The notes under the pieces are model-generated. The model saw only the letters and a program-made list of their open reading frames with translations, did no database searches and was not told where the DNA came from. This document shows, in pieces, positions 33,098 through 41,913 of a DNA stretch of 64,000 bases (the stretch's first letter is position 1; each line of letters opens with the position of its first letter). The stretch comes from a virus. The stretch lies in IMG/VR virus record IMGVR_UViG_3300005002_000001. One strand, 5' to 3'. A program made the position numbers and the translations under genes.

Positions 33098-33307
33098 ATG
33101 AACAAGAAAGAATTTCAGGAACTCGTCGGCACCATGTACATCCACTTCAATGGAGACATGAAGTTCTACTACGGTGGAGCTTATCACACACGCGACCAGG
33201 CCGTCCAGGACCTCGCCAAGTTCGACCCCGAGCTCGGGCGGCGCTTCAAGAACATCGTCGACTCTCACGAAGAGTTCGCGGCTCACATCCGCCACAAGCT
33301 GGGCTGA
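33098..33307 (+). CDS. small helical protein, paralogue of 32609-32830
   Basis: see 32609. Confidence 0.5.
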   Translation: MNKKEFQELVGTMYIHFNGDMKFYYGGAYHTRDQAVQDLAKFDPELGRRFKNIVDSHEEFAAHIRHKLG

Positions 33308-33308
33308 G

Positions 33309-33629
33309 ATGGAACGGTACACGGCCGACAGCATACGGGAAAAGGTGAGCGCCGAATTTGATAGGCTGTTCTCATCGTATGCTGTCGGCCGGAGTCCCAA
33401 TTGGATCTGCGATCAACAGACAAAAGACATCGTCACGATCTCGGTCTGGATGCGCGAGGAGCTGACCCGCATCGGCCTAGACGATCTAGGACGACGAACG
33501 CAGGAAAACGCGTTCAATAGATTTTCGAGGTCGGACAAGGACCTCTTCGAGTTGGCGGCTCAGTTGATGAACGACGCCCTCGACGACAACATAGACAGGT
33601 TCAGACGACCGCATAGGAGATGGGGATGA
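33309..33629 (+). CDS. hypothetical protein
   Basis: ATG inside track ORF 33174-33629. Confidence 0.4.
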   Translation: MERYTADSIREKVSAEFDRLFSSYAVGRSPNWICDQQTKDIVTISVWMREELTRIGLDDLGRRTQENAFNRFSRSDKDLFELAAQLMNDALDDNIDRFRRPHRRWG

Positions 33630-33793
33630 CTAAGGTAGGAGCCCGACAAGTGATCGATGCTCTGGCGCTCAGAGTCTTCGAAATCGAAGAGATCGAAACA
33701 CGGCTTTCGATCGAAAAGCAGCAGCTAAGGGAGCGGATCCACGAGCTCGAGTGGTTCGAAGACAGTGACGTGGTGGAGTTCAATGGCGAATGA
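33626..33793 (+). CDS. small coiled-coil protein (55 aa)
   Basis: hand translation MTKVGARQVIDALALRVFEIEEIETRLSIEKQQLRERIHELEW...; ATGA at both ends. Confidence 0.4.
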   Translation: MTKVGARQVIDALALRVFEIEEIETRLSIEKQQLRERIHELEWFEDSDVVEFNGE

Positions 33794-34728
33794 AAAATCG
33801 AAACGACAAGATCCTCCTGCGAATCGCCCAGGGCGACGCCTACGCCATGGCCGTCGAGTACTGCAAGCGTACCGAGCATCCGGAACTCTTCGACGAGGTC
33901 CTCAAGTTCGAGCGCTTTCACAAGCATCCGACGCATCACAAGCTCAATCCGGGCATGTATACTGACGACACTCAGATGTCTGTTGCCGTGACGGAAGCCC
34001 TGCTGGCCGACGCGTCGGGCCTCTACTGGGACAACTACCTGACGACTGATATGTTCGCCTGGCACTTCTTCGAAGCCTTCAAGCGGGATCCCCGGGACGG
34101 CTACTCTAGAAAGTTTCAGGAGATCCTCGAGCGGTCGCGAACAGTCAACGAGCTCAAGCTCAATCTAGTGCCCGATTCGAATAAGAACGGGGCCTGCATG
34201 CGGGCCGTTCCGATCGGCGTGCTTCTCACCCCCGAGGAAGTGATCAAAGTTTGCGAGACGCAAGCCAAAGTCACTCATGATACGTTCGGAGGGATCCGGT
34301 CGGCGCAAGTCGTCGGACTCATGTCTCACTTTGCACTCTACGAATCGGCTCCTTTTTCGGATCTGCCGGGCTATGTTGCCCGTTACTTGCCGGATCTGAA
34401 TTTTCTGAGCGAACCCTGGAGGGGTGGAGTGGGTCTGCAGCATAGCGACCCGCACGGTCGCGGGATCGGTATCAACACGGCTCACGCCGTCATGACTTTG
34501 CTCATCGAGCAACCATCGTTGATGGATATCCTGCGGCAAACCATCGAATGGCGCGGCGATACCGATTCGGTGGCCGCCGTCGCTTGGGGCATCGCCTCGA
34601 CTCGGTATCCCAACGAAATCATACCCGATTTTCTCGAGCATGCGCTCGAAGCGACAGGCAATCTGAAGTACGGCCCGGACTTCCTGTTGAAATTGGGCAA
34701 GCGGTTGATGAACGAATACGACGTGTGA
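33790..34728 (+). CDS. ADP-ribosylglycohydrolase (ARH/DraG family)
   Basis: RIAQGDAYAMAVEY, MYTDDTQMSVAVTEALL, C-terminal WRGDTDSVAAVAWGIAS - both metal-binding signature regions. Confidence 0.75.
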   Translation: MKNRNDKILLRIAQGDAYAMAVEYCKRTEHPELFDEVLKFERFHKHPTHHKLNPGMYTDDTQMSVAVTEALLADASGLYWDNYLTTDMFAWHFFEAFKRDPRDGYSRKFQEILERSRTVNELKLNLVPDSNKNGACMRAVPIGVLLTPEEVIKVCETQAKVTHDTFGGIRSAQVVGLMSHFALYESAPFSDLPGYVARYLPDLNFLSEPWRGGVGLQHSDPHGRGIGINTAHAVMTLLIEQPSLMDILRQTIEWRGDTDSVAAVAWGIASTRYPNEIIPDFLEHALEATGNLKYGPDFLLKLGKRLMNEYDV

Positions 34729-34735
34729 GGGAACT

Positions 34736-35503
34736 ATGGACCTCTCTGACAGAATGAAGCAGTACGAGGGAACCTACCGAGGTTACCTGAAGATCGAAAA
34801 CGAGCATGACGTAGTCGTCATTCGTGTCGACGGTCGGGCATTTCACACCTACACTCGAGGGGCTAAAGAGCCGTTCGACGAGATGCTGCAATCTTCGATG
34901 AACGAGGTAGCTCGCGAACTGTGCGAGAACATTCAGGGAGCGCAGCTGGCCTATGTCCAATCGGACGAGGTGTCCGTCATCGTCTCTGCGGGCAACGGAG
35001 CCAACATCTGGTTCGATGGAAACATCCAAAAGATGTGCTCCATCTCGGCAGCGATCGCTTCGACCCGCATGACTTTGGAGTCTCCAAGAGTCTTCGGCAA
35101 GATGAGAGTCGCTCAGTTCGATTCTCGAGTCTTCGTCCTGCCCAAGGAAGAAGTCATCAACTACCTCATCTGGAGGCAATCGGACGCCACTCGAAACTCT
35201 GTTCAAATGCTAGCTCGATCCCTCTTTTCCCACAAGCAGTTGCTGGGAAAGTCGTGCGACGTCATGAAGCAGATGGTGAGAGAAGCCGGGAGACCTTGGG
35301 AGAACGAAGCCATCGGCTCGACCCGGGGTCGCTGCATCATCAAGCAATCCTTTCAAGAGAACGTCGAATACGTCGACAAGCGTACCAAGCAAATCAAAAA
35401 CGCCGTCGCCGAACGAACTCGCTGGATCCCCATCTGGGATATCCCGTGCTTCGTGCAAGACAGGACTTTCGTCGCGCAGCAGCTCAAAAAGGAACAGCAA
35501 TGA
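34736..35503 (+). CDS. thg1: Thg1-like tRNA 3'-5' nucleotidyltransferase (tRNA-His guanylyltransferase family)
   Basis: VVIRVDGRAFHTYTRGAKEPFDEML...AYVQSDEVSVIV aligns with the Thg1 core RLDGRNFHRF...AYGQSDEYSFVF. Confidence 0.75.
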   Translation: MDLSDRMKQYEGTYRGYLKIENEHDVVVIRVDGRAFHTYTRGAKEPFDEMLQSSMNEVARELCENIQGAQLAYVQSDEVSVIVSAGNGANIWFDGNIQKMCSISAAIASTRMTLESPRVFGKMRVAQFDSRVFVLPKEEVINYLIWRQSDATRNSVQMLARSLFSHKQLLGKSCDVMKQMVREAGRPWENEAIGSTRGRCIIKQSFQENVEYVDKRTKQIKNAVAERTRWIPIWDIPCFVQDRTFVAQQLKKEQQ

Positions 35504-35988
35504 AAAACAGAAGACCGGTCACGAAGGGCAAAGCGGCCAGGGGTTGGAACGATCGCCACACTTACAGCCCGCCTCCCAATCCTTTTGTCACCAAGACGAA
35601 GGTAGAAGCGGGCACGTACATGATGGCTCCCGATTCGGCCGACAAGGCGACGGAACTCTATGCGAGTCGAGGCATCTGGGGCGGGATCCCGCTCAATATG
35701 CAGATTCGAGAACTCAAGCCCGATGGCACGACGCGATTGGATTCGAATCGCCAGATCCAATCAAACGAACCATTCTTCGTGACCGGTCAGTCTTACGTGT
35801 CAAAGCAAGGAAACGTCGTCCTTGTCGAAATTATCCCTCCCGATGGATATCCCGGATGGATCGAGATTCGTCGAGCAGACGACGTGATACACGGTCACCA
35901 GTCATTCAACGATATCGCTAATGAGACTGTCAAGTATTGGTTTACTCAGACGTTCTCGGGCAAAAAGCGACGACAGAGCGATCGATAG
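35500..35988 (+). CDS. hypothetical protein
   Basis: ATGA start inside track ORF 34921-35988. Confidence 0.45.
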   Translation: MKNRRPVTKGKAARGWNDRHTYSPPPNPFVTKTKVEAGTYMMAPDSADKATELYASRGIWGGIPLNMQIRELKPDGTTRLDSNRQIQSNEPFFVTGQSYVSKQGNVVLVEIIPPDGYPGWIEIRRADDVIHGHQSFNDIANETVKYWFTQTFSGKKRRQSDR

Positions 35989-36319
35989 GAACCAGTTCGA
36001 AACCGAACGGTTTCTTTGACGCGTCTCGAGATTGATCGGTGTCGACTAAAAACCAAACAATCCTGTCCTTGTAGAGACAATTAATACCAACGAAGGTAGG
36101 AGAATTCATCCACGGCCTGATGTCGTCACCGATGCATGTGATGTAACTCTCGTCGGGAAAGTGATCGAGTCCTCTGAGGCCACCCGTCGATGGGTTGAAT
36201 TCTAGAGGATTGGGTTGGCCGTCCCAGAAAGCCGGAGCGCAATTTCTATCATGCTCGTTTCTGATGATCAAAAAGCTCTGTCCCGGAGTCCAAGCTGCTA
36301 TGTCGCGACGCGGATCCAC
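35942..36319 (-). CDS. hypothetical protein (only plausible ORF in 36.0-36.3 kb gap)
   Basis: track ORF on minus strand filling an otherwise empty 350-bp gap; no motif support. Confidence 0.3.
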   Translation of the reverse strand: MDPRRDIAAWTPGQSFLIIRNEHDRNCAPAFWDGQPNPLEFNPSTGGLRGLDHFPDESYITCIGDDIRPWMNSPTFVGINCLYKDRIVWFLVDTDQSRDASKKPFGFELVPIDRSVVAFCPRTSE

Positions 36320-36342
36320 TTACTTACATTATAGGACATTTG

Positions 36343-36708
36343 ATGAGGCAATACGATAGCAAGATCCTTCGAAACAGAATTGTGAGCGATCCCATCAAAC
36401 TAGAGGCTCTGGCTGTCAAGTTTGGTTATCACATCGGAGACCTGGTAAAACCCATTCCGAGGGATAAGTGGCAGAATGCGTATTCGGGACGTGACAGCGG
36501 AATTCGATGCTGCTGGTCTTGCAATAGAGAGCGACCGATCTATCGTGGAAAAGGAAAGTATCTCGAACCCAACGAGGGCGTCATCGTCCTCGATATGATC
36601 GATTCGCCCAATGGCCGTCTGACCGTCGTCATGACGTCGGAGGGAAAACCCGGATTCGTGCGCTCTAGCGAATTGGAAATGATCCAACCCAATCCCGATC
36701 GGAAGTGA
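36343..36708 (+). CDS. SH3-like small protein (GDL family, divergent)
   Basis: IGDLVKPIP...NEGVIVLDMIDSPNGRLTVVMTSEGKPGFV; upstream TATAGGAC -10-like element. Confidence 0.5.
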   Translation: MRQYDSKILRNRIVSDPIKLEALAVKFGYHIGDLVKPIPRDKWQNAYSGRDSGIRCCWSCNRERPIYRGKGKYLEPNEGVIVLDMIDSPNGRLTVVMTSEGKPGFVRSSELEMIQPNPDRK

Positions 36709-36736
36709 TCGAAAACTCGGCACGTGAGTAATTCTT

Positions 36737-36997
36737 ATGAACATGGAAGACGCGTTCACGCCCTCCTACGAGGATCTAGCCTCGGCTTGGTGGGCCATTT
36801 CTGAGGCTCTCGAGATCAAGGAACATCCTTGGAAAAGCGATCAACAAAATCGTATCTTTTGTGAGGTCCTCAAACAGTGCGGCTGGACGATCGAAGCGTG
36901 GAACGATGAGGTCGCGTTTCAAAAAATGATCTCCGAAGAGACGGCTTCTCCCTCGTCAAATGACGAAGAGAAAGGGACCGGGTCCCAGGAGAAGTGA
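36737..36997 (+). CDS. hypothetical protein
   Basis: track ORF. Confidence 0.45.
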   Translation: MNMEDAFTPSYEDLASAWWAISEALEIKEHPWKSDQQNRIFCEVLKQCGWTIEAWNDEVAFQKMISEETASPSSNDEEKGTGSQEK

Positions 36998-37001
36998 TGC
37001 G

Positions 37002-37223
37002 ATGCTTCTCAAATGGGAAGACGTCCGACGAGGGGATCTTATCGCTCTGAGCGGGCAGCATTACTTTGTCTTCAAGGTCAAAGAGCACGACATCGACGGC
37101 CCGCCTCCGGGTCCCGAACGTTTTTGGTCCGTCTATTACATCGACTCGTTTGACGAAAAGCACCCGATGAAGACGTTGCGAACCTTCGAACCCGAAGCGA
37201 TGCTGCTTCAAAGAAAAAGATGA
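37002..37223 (+). CDS. SH3-like small protein (GDL family)
   Basis: RRGDLIALSGQHYFVFKVKEHDIDG; start inside track ORF 36960-37223. Confidence 0.4.
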   Translation: MLLKWEDVRRGDLIALSGQHYFVFKVKEHDIDGPPPGPERFWSVYYIDSFDEKHPMKTLRTFEPEAMLLQRKR

Positions 37224-37636
37224 GAAGTCGACGTCGCAATCGTGGCCAGGCAAAGAAGGCGAGGCTCAATCGAGTCCGCCAGGTGGGAGAGCTTGTCATT
37301 CTGACGAACGATTCGTGGGCCTTCAACGGCGGGAAAGTGCCAGTTACTCGGTTTTCTGATTACATCGCATTCGCAGGCGAGGACAAAAAGGCCCGACGAG
37401 CTGATGGGACGCCCATGCCTGATCGTAATGGTGACAGCATCCGGATGAGTTTGCCCAACAAATGTCTGGGCGTCTTTTTGGGTCACGAACGGGTCAGAAT
37501 CGGAGAGCACTGGGGTCTGATGGGAGGGTATCGAATCCTCGTAGAGAACACCGAATATATTGTTCCTCCCGGTTACGTTCATTTCGTTTTGGACGGTAGC
37601 TATAGAACGATGTACGGCGAAATCGTTGCCGTGTAA
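37220..37636 (+). CDS. hypothetical basic protein
   Basis: ATGA start; track ORF. Confidence 0.5.
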   Translation: MRSRRRNRGQAKKARLNRVRQVGELVILTNDSWAFNGGKVPVTRFSDYIAFAGEDKKARRADGTPMPDRNGDSIRMSLPNKCLGVFLGHERVRIGEHWGLMGGYRILVENTEYIVPPGYVHFVLDGSYRTMYGEIVAV

Positions 37637-37690
37637 TCATCTACCATCGTGTGTTAGATAGATACTAAGGTCCGACCAAGGAGCCGACAC
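37633..37690 (+). promoter_or_regulatory. TGTAATC promoter with longer leader
   Basis: ccgtgtaatcatctaccatcgtgtgttagatagatactaaggtcc... Confidence 0.35.
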
Positions 37691-37858
37691 ATGAAGTTTC
37701 AAGATGTCAAGGATTCGCTGGGGCGAGTAGCCAAGAAGCTTTTCTCACCCAAGACCGTCGCCGTGCTAGGAGCAGCCGTCGCGCTCTTTCAGTTCGCCAT
37801 GGCCATCGAGGAGATGCGCAACTCTCTGAGCGACGATGAGGGGGACGACGACCGCTAG
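37691..37858 (+). CDS. small membrane protein (55 aa)
   Basis: hand translation MKFQDVKDSLGRVAKKLFSPKTVAVLGAAVALFQFAMAIEEMRNSLSDDEGDDDR. Confidence 0.4.
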   Translation: MKFQDVKDSLGRVAKKLFSPKTVAVLGAAVALFQFAMAIEEMRNSLSDDEGDDDR

Positions 37859-37877
37859 GCCGCCGTAAGGGTGTGCC

Positions 37878-38063
37878 ATGGGATACGTCGTCAAGGAATG
37901 GACCTGCGTGTCAGGTACATACCAAGAACCTCAAATTGTCGAGGAATCGTCTACCGAAGTCGAAGCGACGAAAGTCATCTTTCGACGAAAGTGCCAAGCT
38001 GACAACGCCGGCGAGCAGAGATGCTGGTCGATCACTCCTCCAGAAGAGAATGAAAAAAGATGA
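37878..38063 (+). CDS. hypothetical small protein
   Basis: track ORF; TAAGGGTG RBS. Confidence 0.45.
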   Translation: MGYVVKEWTCVSGTYQEPQIVEESSTEVEATKVIFRRKCQADNAGEQRCWSITPPEENEKR

Positions 38064-38272
38064 AAGCGACACCGGATCAGATCAACGGTCTGTTAGAAAC
38101 GATGGACGACTGGATCGCTGCCTGGCACGACGGCCCCGAAACGGGTCGGACGTTGCATCAGTATCTGCAGATGAGTTGGACCGAGTACCAGGAGTTCGTC
38201 CAGCGGCCCCAGACTTGGGCCCAGAATATTCTGGACAAGCGATCCAAGGACCATTCAAGGTCGGAGACCTAA
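38060..38272 (+). CDS. hypothetical small protein
   Basis: ATGA start; track ORF. Confidence 0.45.
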   Translation: MKATPDQINGLLETMDDWIAAWHDGPETGRTLHQYLQMSWTEYQEFVQRPQTWAQNILDKRSKDHSRSET

Positions 38273-38505
38273 TATTCAATAGGCATTCTGGAGGCTGGGG
38301 CGTCATCATGCGTATTCAGCCCTGGAATGACCCGGTATACGAAGGCGGCTACTTTGGCACGCTTTACTTTGCCAATCCCGCATATCAAATGCTACATCCC
38401 GCTTTTTTACGGGATCCCAAAATTCTCAAGGACGATTCCGATGATCCAGCGGGTTATATTCCTCTCGACATTGTCGATTCTCATTATGATTCTAAGCGGG
38501 CTTGA
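38215..38505 (+). CDS. SH3-like small protein (GDL family); start uncertain (TTG 38215 or ATG 38298)
   Basis: VGDLIFNRHSGGWGVIMRIQ domain is upstream of the first ATG, so a non-ATG start is inferred. Confidence 0.3.
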   Translation: MGPEYSGQAIQGPFKVGDLIFNRHSGGWGVIMRIQPWNDPVYEGGYFGTLYFANPAYQMLHPAFLRDPKILKDDSDDPAGYIPLDIVDSHYDSKRA

Positions 38506-38686
38506 TCGACCGTCGGCGGCGCAGGACGCCTGCCGCCTCAACGAAGCGCGACAGATCGCATGCGCCGCGGCCAATAAATCGTGGGAGATCGATCACAACT
38601 GGCCTCGGGCTCAGGGAGTCTTTGCGACGAACATGTCACACCTCGGCTGCGGAGAATCTAGAAAGTGGGACGGTGTCTGCCGCTAA
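38441..38686 (+). CDS. small secreted Cys-containing protein
   Basis: signal peptide MIQRVIFLSTLSILIMILSGLDRPSAAQDA; start inside track ORF 38327-38686. Confidence 0.45.
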   Translation: MIQRVIFLSTLSILIMILSGLDRPSAAQDACRLNEARQIACAAANKSWEIDHNWPRAQGVFATNMSHLGCGESRKWDGVCR

Positions 38687-38855
38687 AGCACGGGTCGGGG
38701 ATCTTGTCCTTTCGAAGACTCACTGCTACGGGATCGTACTTCTCTATCTCCCGGAGTCAGAGCACTACATCGTCCTTTGGACGATCATCAAAAATGGCGT
38801 CACCCGATTCAACGAACAATTGAGAGAACCCGAATCTTTTAGTAAGATCTCGTAA
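38662..38855 (+). CDS. SH3-like small protein (GDL family); putative GTG start
   Basis: RVGDLVLSKTHCYGIVLLYLPESEHYIVLWTII in track ORF 38502-38855. Confidence 0.3.
38819..38854 (+). promoter_or_regulatory. sigma70-like promoter TTGAGA-N18-TAAGAT-N6-ATG (leaderless)
   Basis: caattgagagaacccgaatcttttagtaagatctcgtaATG. Confidence 0.45.
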
Positions 38856-39322
38856 TGGCATTCATTCCTCCCATCGCAAAAGACAAGCTAGCGACCACCT
38901 CCGATGACGATCTACGTCAGATCGATGGCAAGGCTTTGGCTGGTCCTGAGCGCGATGAAGAGTGGGACAAGGCCTTCGAAGCGCGGGTTTCGACCATCCC
39001 GGCGGTAGCGAGCATCGTCAATGATCTAAAGAATCCCGGGATCGCGACTGACCGTTCCAAGGATTCCGATATCTTGAATCGATTCAACGCATTGATTTCT
39101 GATGTCGAACGTATCGGCGCTTTCAACGCCGGCACTCGTGTGGAGCAAAGTCAGATCGAACCTAACAAGCCGCGGCTCAAGGCGATCTTTCTGTTCCTCG
39201 GACCCGAATTTCAGAAATCGCACAAACGAGCTAAAGACGGCCAGGCGATCAAACCTTTCAAGTCGTCGGCTCTTCTGCGCGCCGATCGCCCCGTGACGTT
39301 TGTCAAGACGATAAAACGCTAA
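38855..39322 (+). CDS. hypothetical protein
   Basis: track ORF at predicted leaderless start. Confidence 0.5.
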   Translation: MAFIPPIAKDKLATTSDDDLRQIDGKALAGPERDEEWDKAFEARVSTIPAVASIVNDLKNPGIATDRSKDSDILNRFNALISDVERIGAFNAGTRVEQSQIEPNKPRLKAIFLFLGPEFQKSHKRAKDGQAIKPFKSSALLRADRPVTFVKTIKR

Positions 39323-39636
39323 TGCATCTCAATTTCCTTTCCATCGATCGCCGCACCGCCTGGGATATCTTTTCTCTCAATCCACCCGATGGTTATGAGA
39401 TCATCGATCGGGAAGAGGGTTGGGAAGAACGCAAAGGCATCAAGATCGATTATCGCAAGCTCATTTTCCGTGTCGACGGTCGAGTTTGGCTCCTAACGGG
39501 AGCCGCCTGGGACGCCGATCACATCAATCGCATGTTTTCCTTTTTCCTTTACGCCGAAGCGAGATGGTCCGATGACGAATCGGAACCCGTCTCTTGCCCC
39601 GAGGTCCAGAATGACTCAGACGTCCTCCGAAAATAA
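39322..39636 (+). CDS. hypothetical protein
   Basis: track ORF; TAATG overlap. Confidence 0.5.
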   Translation: MHLNFLSIDRRTAWDIFSLNPPDGYEIIDREEGWEERKGIKIDYRKLIFRVDGRVWLLTGAAWDADHINRMFSFFLYAEARWSDDESEPVSCPEVQNDSDVLRK

Positions 39637-40777
39637 CTTGCAATCGTTCATCGATGCGAGAGCCATCAAACCCATCGAATTCGAAACGGTCGACGACGGC
39701 TGCGCCGATCGATTCTTGACGAGCCTGCGACCGGTCGAAAGGAAGGTCGTCGAGGCAGCGCTCGACGCTGGAGGCTTCGTGGCAGGCGGTTGCCCTCGGT
39801 ATGTGACCGAGACGATCGATCACATGGGCGGTTACGACGAGATCGATGCCAATGCGTACCGTCAATTCGGTGATTGCGATCTCTTCTTCCCCAATGAGGA
39901 GTCGTATCGAGTCGCCCATCAGGACCTGCTGAGTCGTCGTGGGAGGGTCCAGCTGTCTCTAAAGGCGGACGCTCAGAATCGGGAAGAATCCATCACGACC
40001 AACGAACGTGGCATCTTTGCAATCAATTTGCAAGCGAACGAGATCGATTTGAAGGGAAAGACCTTGCCCTTCCAGCTCATCAAGTGCGCTTTCGGCGACC
40101 TGCAATCGACGTTGGCACGGTTTGATATCCTCAATTCGATGATTGGATTCTTTCGGGAAAACGGCAAGATGAGGACGTTGAGGGCTCGAGGATGGTTGGA
40201 AAACGAACGCAGCAATACGCTCAACGTTCTGGTCTGGGACTCTCCTCTCAGCTTTTATCGCATCCAGAAGTACATCCAAAAGTACGGATACGAGCGCCTC
40301 GCTCACATGGGAATCTCGCATGATCGTCTCATGAAAGACATGGCGAAGACGATGGAGGCTCTGCCTTTCGATCCCGAACCGGCACGCAGGCGACCGATGG
40401 CCTGGCAAAATGTGCGTTCTTCGGGAGAGAAGATCATCTTCACTCAGCAAAATTACGCTGTGCACATCATCAATACGCTGGCCGCAGTGGGGCACAACTT
40501 CCCAGAGGAAGTGGTCGTCTTCATGCTTTCTCTTTGCATGGCGACGGGGGTCGTCAATGACAAGGGAGCCAGCGATTTGATGATCAAAACCAGCGAGATG
40601 CGGCGGGTCTGGGACCCTAAGGTGATGAAGGCGAGGGTCGAGTCGTGGAAAGAAAGCCAGAGGAAAATGCTGGCCGAGAAGGCGGACAGGCAAGCTCGGA
40701 TCGCAGCGGGGGAAGACGTCTATGGCCTTGGCCTGAGACACACGATCCCGATCCCTGGATTCAAGGGTCGCCCCTAG
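39611..40777 (+). CDS. hypothetical protein (388 aa)
   Basis: ATG 39611 inside track ORF 39572-40777, overlapping upstream stop. Confidence 0.5.
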   Translation: MTQTSSENNLQSFIDARAIKPIEFETVDDGCADRFLTSLRPVERKVVEAALDAGGFVAGGCPRYVTETIDHMGGYDEIDANAYRQFGDCDLFFPNEESYRVAHQDLLSRRGRVQLSLKADAQNREESITTNERGIFAINLQANEIDLKGKTLPFQLIKCAFGDLQSTLARFDILNSMIGFFRENGKMRTLRARGWLENERSNTLNVLVWDSPLSFYRIQKYIQKYGYERLAHMGISHDRLMKDMAKTMEALPFDPEPARRRPMAWQNVRSSGEKIIFTQQNYAVHIINTLAAVGHNFPEEVVVFMLSLCMATGVVNDKGASDLMIKTSEMRRVWDPKVMKARVESWKESQRKMLAEKADRQARIAAGEDVYGLGLRHTIPIPGFKGRP

Positions 40778-40893
40778 AAGAAGATTCCCTCTTCGTCAAA
40801 TCGATCTGGTGGTTTCTGATCTATATCGTCCTCATCGGAACGATATTGCTAGCGACTCCATTAGGAATGGCTCTCATATTTTCGAGATAATCG

Positions 40894-41208
40894 ATGTCGA
40901 ACGTCGAATTGCCCACCAGCAACAGCATCTATCCCGGTTGTCTCGTCGCCCTCAACGACAAGAATAGCTACTACGCCAACCGAGTCATTTTGCTCGAAAA
41001 GCACCCAAGAGAAGTCAAAACTTCCGACGCAACCCGTGTCTTGCCCCTCGAGCAGAATTCAATCGGAGTCGCGATCGAAATCTTTCCAAACGCTCTCGTC
41101 AGAAAATCAGAAAGGACCTGGCTCGTCTATTTCCATCCGAAGATGGCGGTCGTCGAGCAGTCAAGGTTACGTAGGGTATCGTTCTCCTGGAGGGAAATCA
41201 ACAAATGA
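40894..41208 (+). CDS. hypothetical protein
   Basis: track ORF. Confidence 0.45.
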   Translation: MSNVELPTSNSIYPGCLVALNDKNSYYANRVILLEKHPREVKTSDATRVLPLEQNSIGVAIEIFPNALVRKSERTWLVYFHPKMAVVEQSRLRRVSFSWREINK

Positions 41209-41269
41209 TCCTTCAGGGCCTTACAACGTACGATACTTATGATTACCTTGTTTGATTGAGGAGAAAGAC

Positions 41270-41575
41270 ATGTCGAACCTTTTCAAGGCCCCGAGCGTCA
41301 GTGCGGCTGTTTTCAGCGATACCGATCTCAAAAAGATGTCGACCTTGTGGTATGGAAACACCGACCTCAAGGGGGAAGCCGTCAAAGAAAAGTGGAAAGA
41401 CGTGATCGGAGAAGAGAACGCTTATCTCTTCGTCAAGAGGCTGCGTCAGACGGTTCTCTCTTACAAGGAACACATCAAGAAGCTCTACAAGATCGATCCT
41501 GATGAGCGCGAAAAGTTCGAACAGGACATGGTCAATACGATCGTGGCCCTGGAGTCGGCTTTCACACTCAATTGA
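41270..41575 (+). CDS. hypothetical protein
   Basis: AGGAGAAAG RBS 5 nt before ATG 41270 (track ORF 41252-41575 uses TTG). Confidence 0.5.
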   Translation: MSNLFKAPSVSAAVFSDTDLKKMSTLWYGNTDLKGEAVKEKWKDVIGEENAYLFVKRLRQTVLSYKEHIKKLYKIDPDEREKFEQDMVNTIVALESAFTLN

Positions 41576-41582
41576 AAGTTCG

Positions 41583-41617
41583 TGTATTGACCATCCCAGC
41601 CAGGATAGGATGATACT
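41583..41617 (+). promoter_or_regulatory. promoter variant TGTATTG-N16-TAGGAT-N6-ATG
   Basis: cgtgtattgaccatcccagccaggataggatgatactATG. Confidence 0.45.
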
Positions 41618-41869
41618 ATGATAGAGCTTGGTGATCTAGTCGTCTTCACACCCTGTCAACGAAATTGCTCTCAGTTATTAAAGCTAGCGGGCAAAGTAGC
41701 TTTCAGAAATCTAAGAGAGCAAGTATCATGCGGCGTAGTCATCGATCGCTTTAGCAAAAGCGAAGGTACAACTCTTAGAGTCATTTTTCCGGAAGGCTCT
41801 TACAGCATGGATATCAATCAAGTGACTACCGTTAGCAAGTGGTACGTCGGTTCGCTAAATAAACTGTAA
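41618..41869 (+). CDS. SH3-like small protein (GDL family)
   Basis: MIELGDLVVFTPCQ...CGVVIDRFSKSEGTTLRVIF. Confidence 0.5.
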   Translation: MIELGDLVVFTPCQRNCSQLLKLAGKVAFRNLREQVSCGVVIDRFSKSEGTTLRVIFPEGSYSMDINQVTTVSKWYVGSLNKL

Positions 41870-41913
41870 TCGACGGATCACGGAGCCATTATTATAGGAA
41901 GTAGGTGCGTCAT
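41865..41913 (+). promoter_or_regulatory. TGTAATC promoter upstream of second metzincin
   Basis: aaactgtaatcgacggatcacggagccattattataggaagtaggtgcgtcatATG. Confidence 0.4.
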
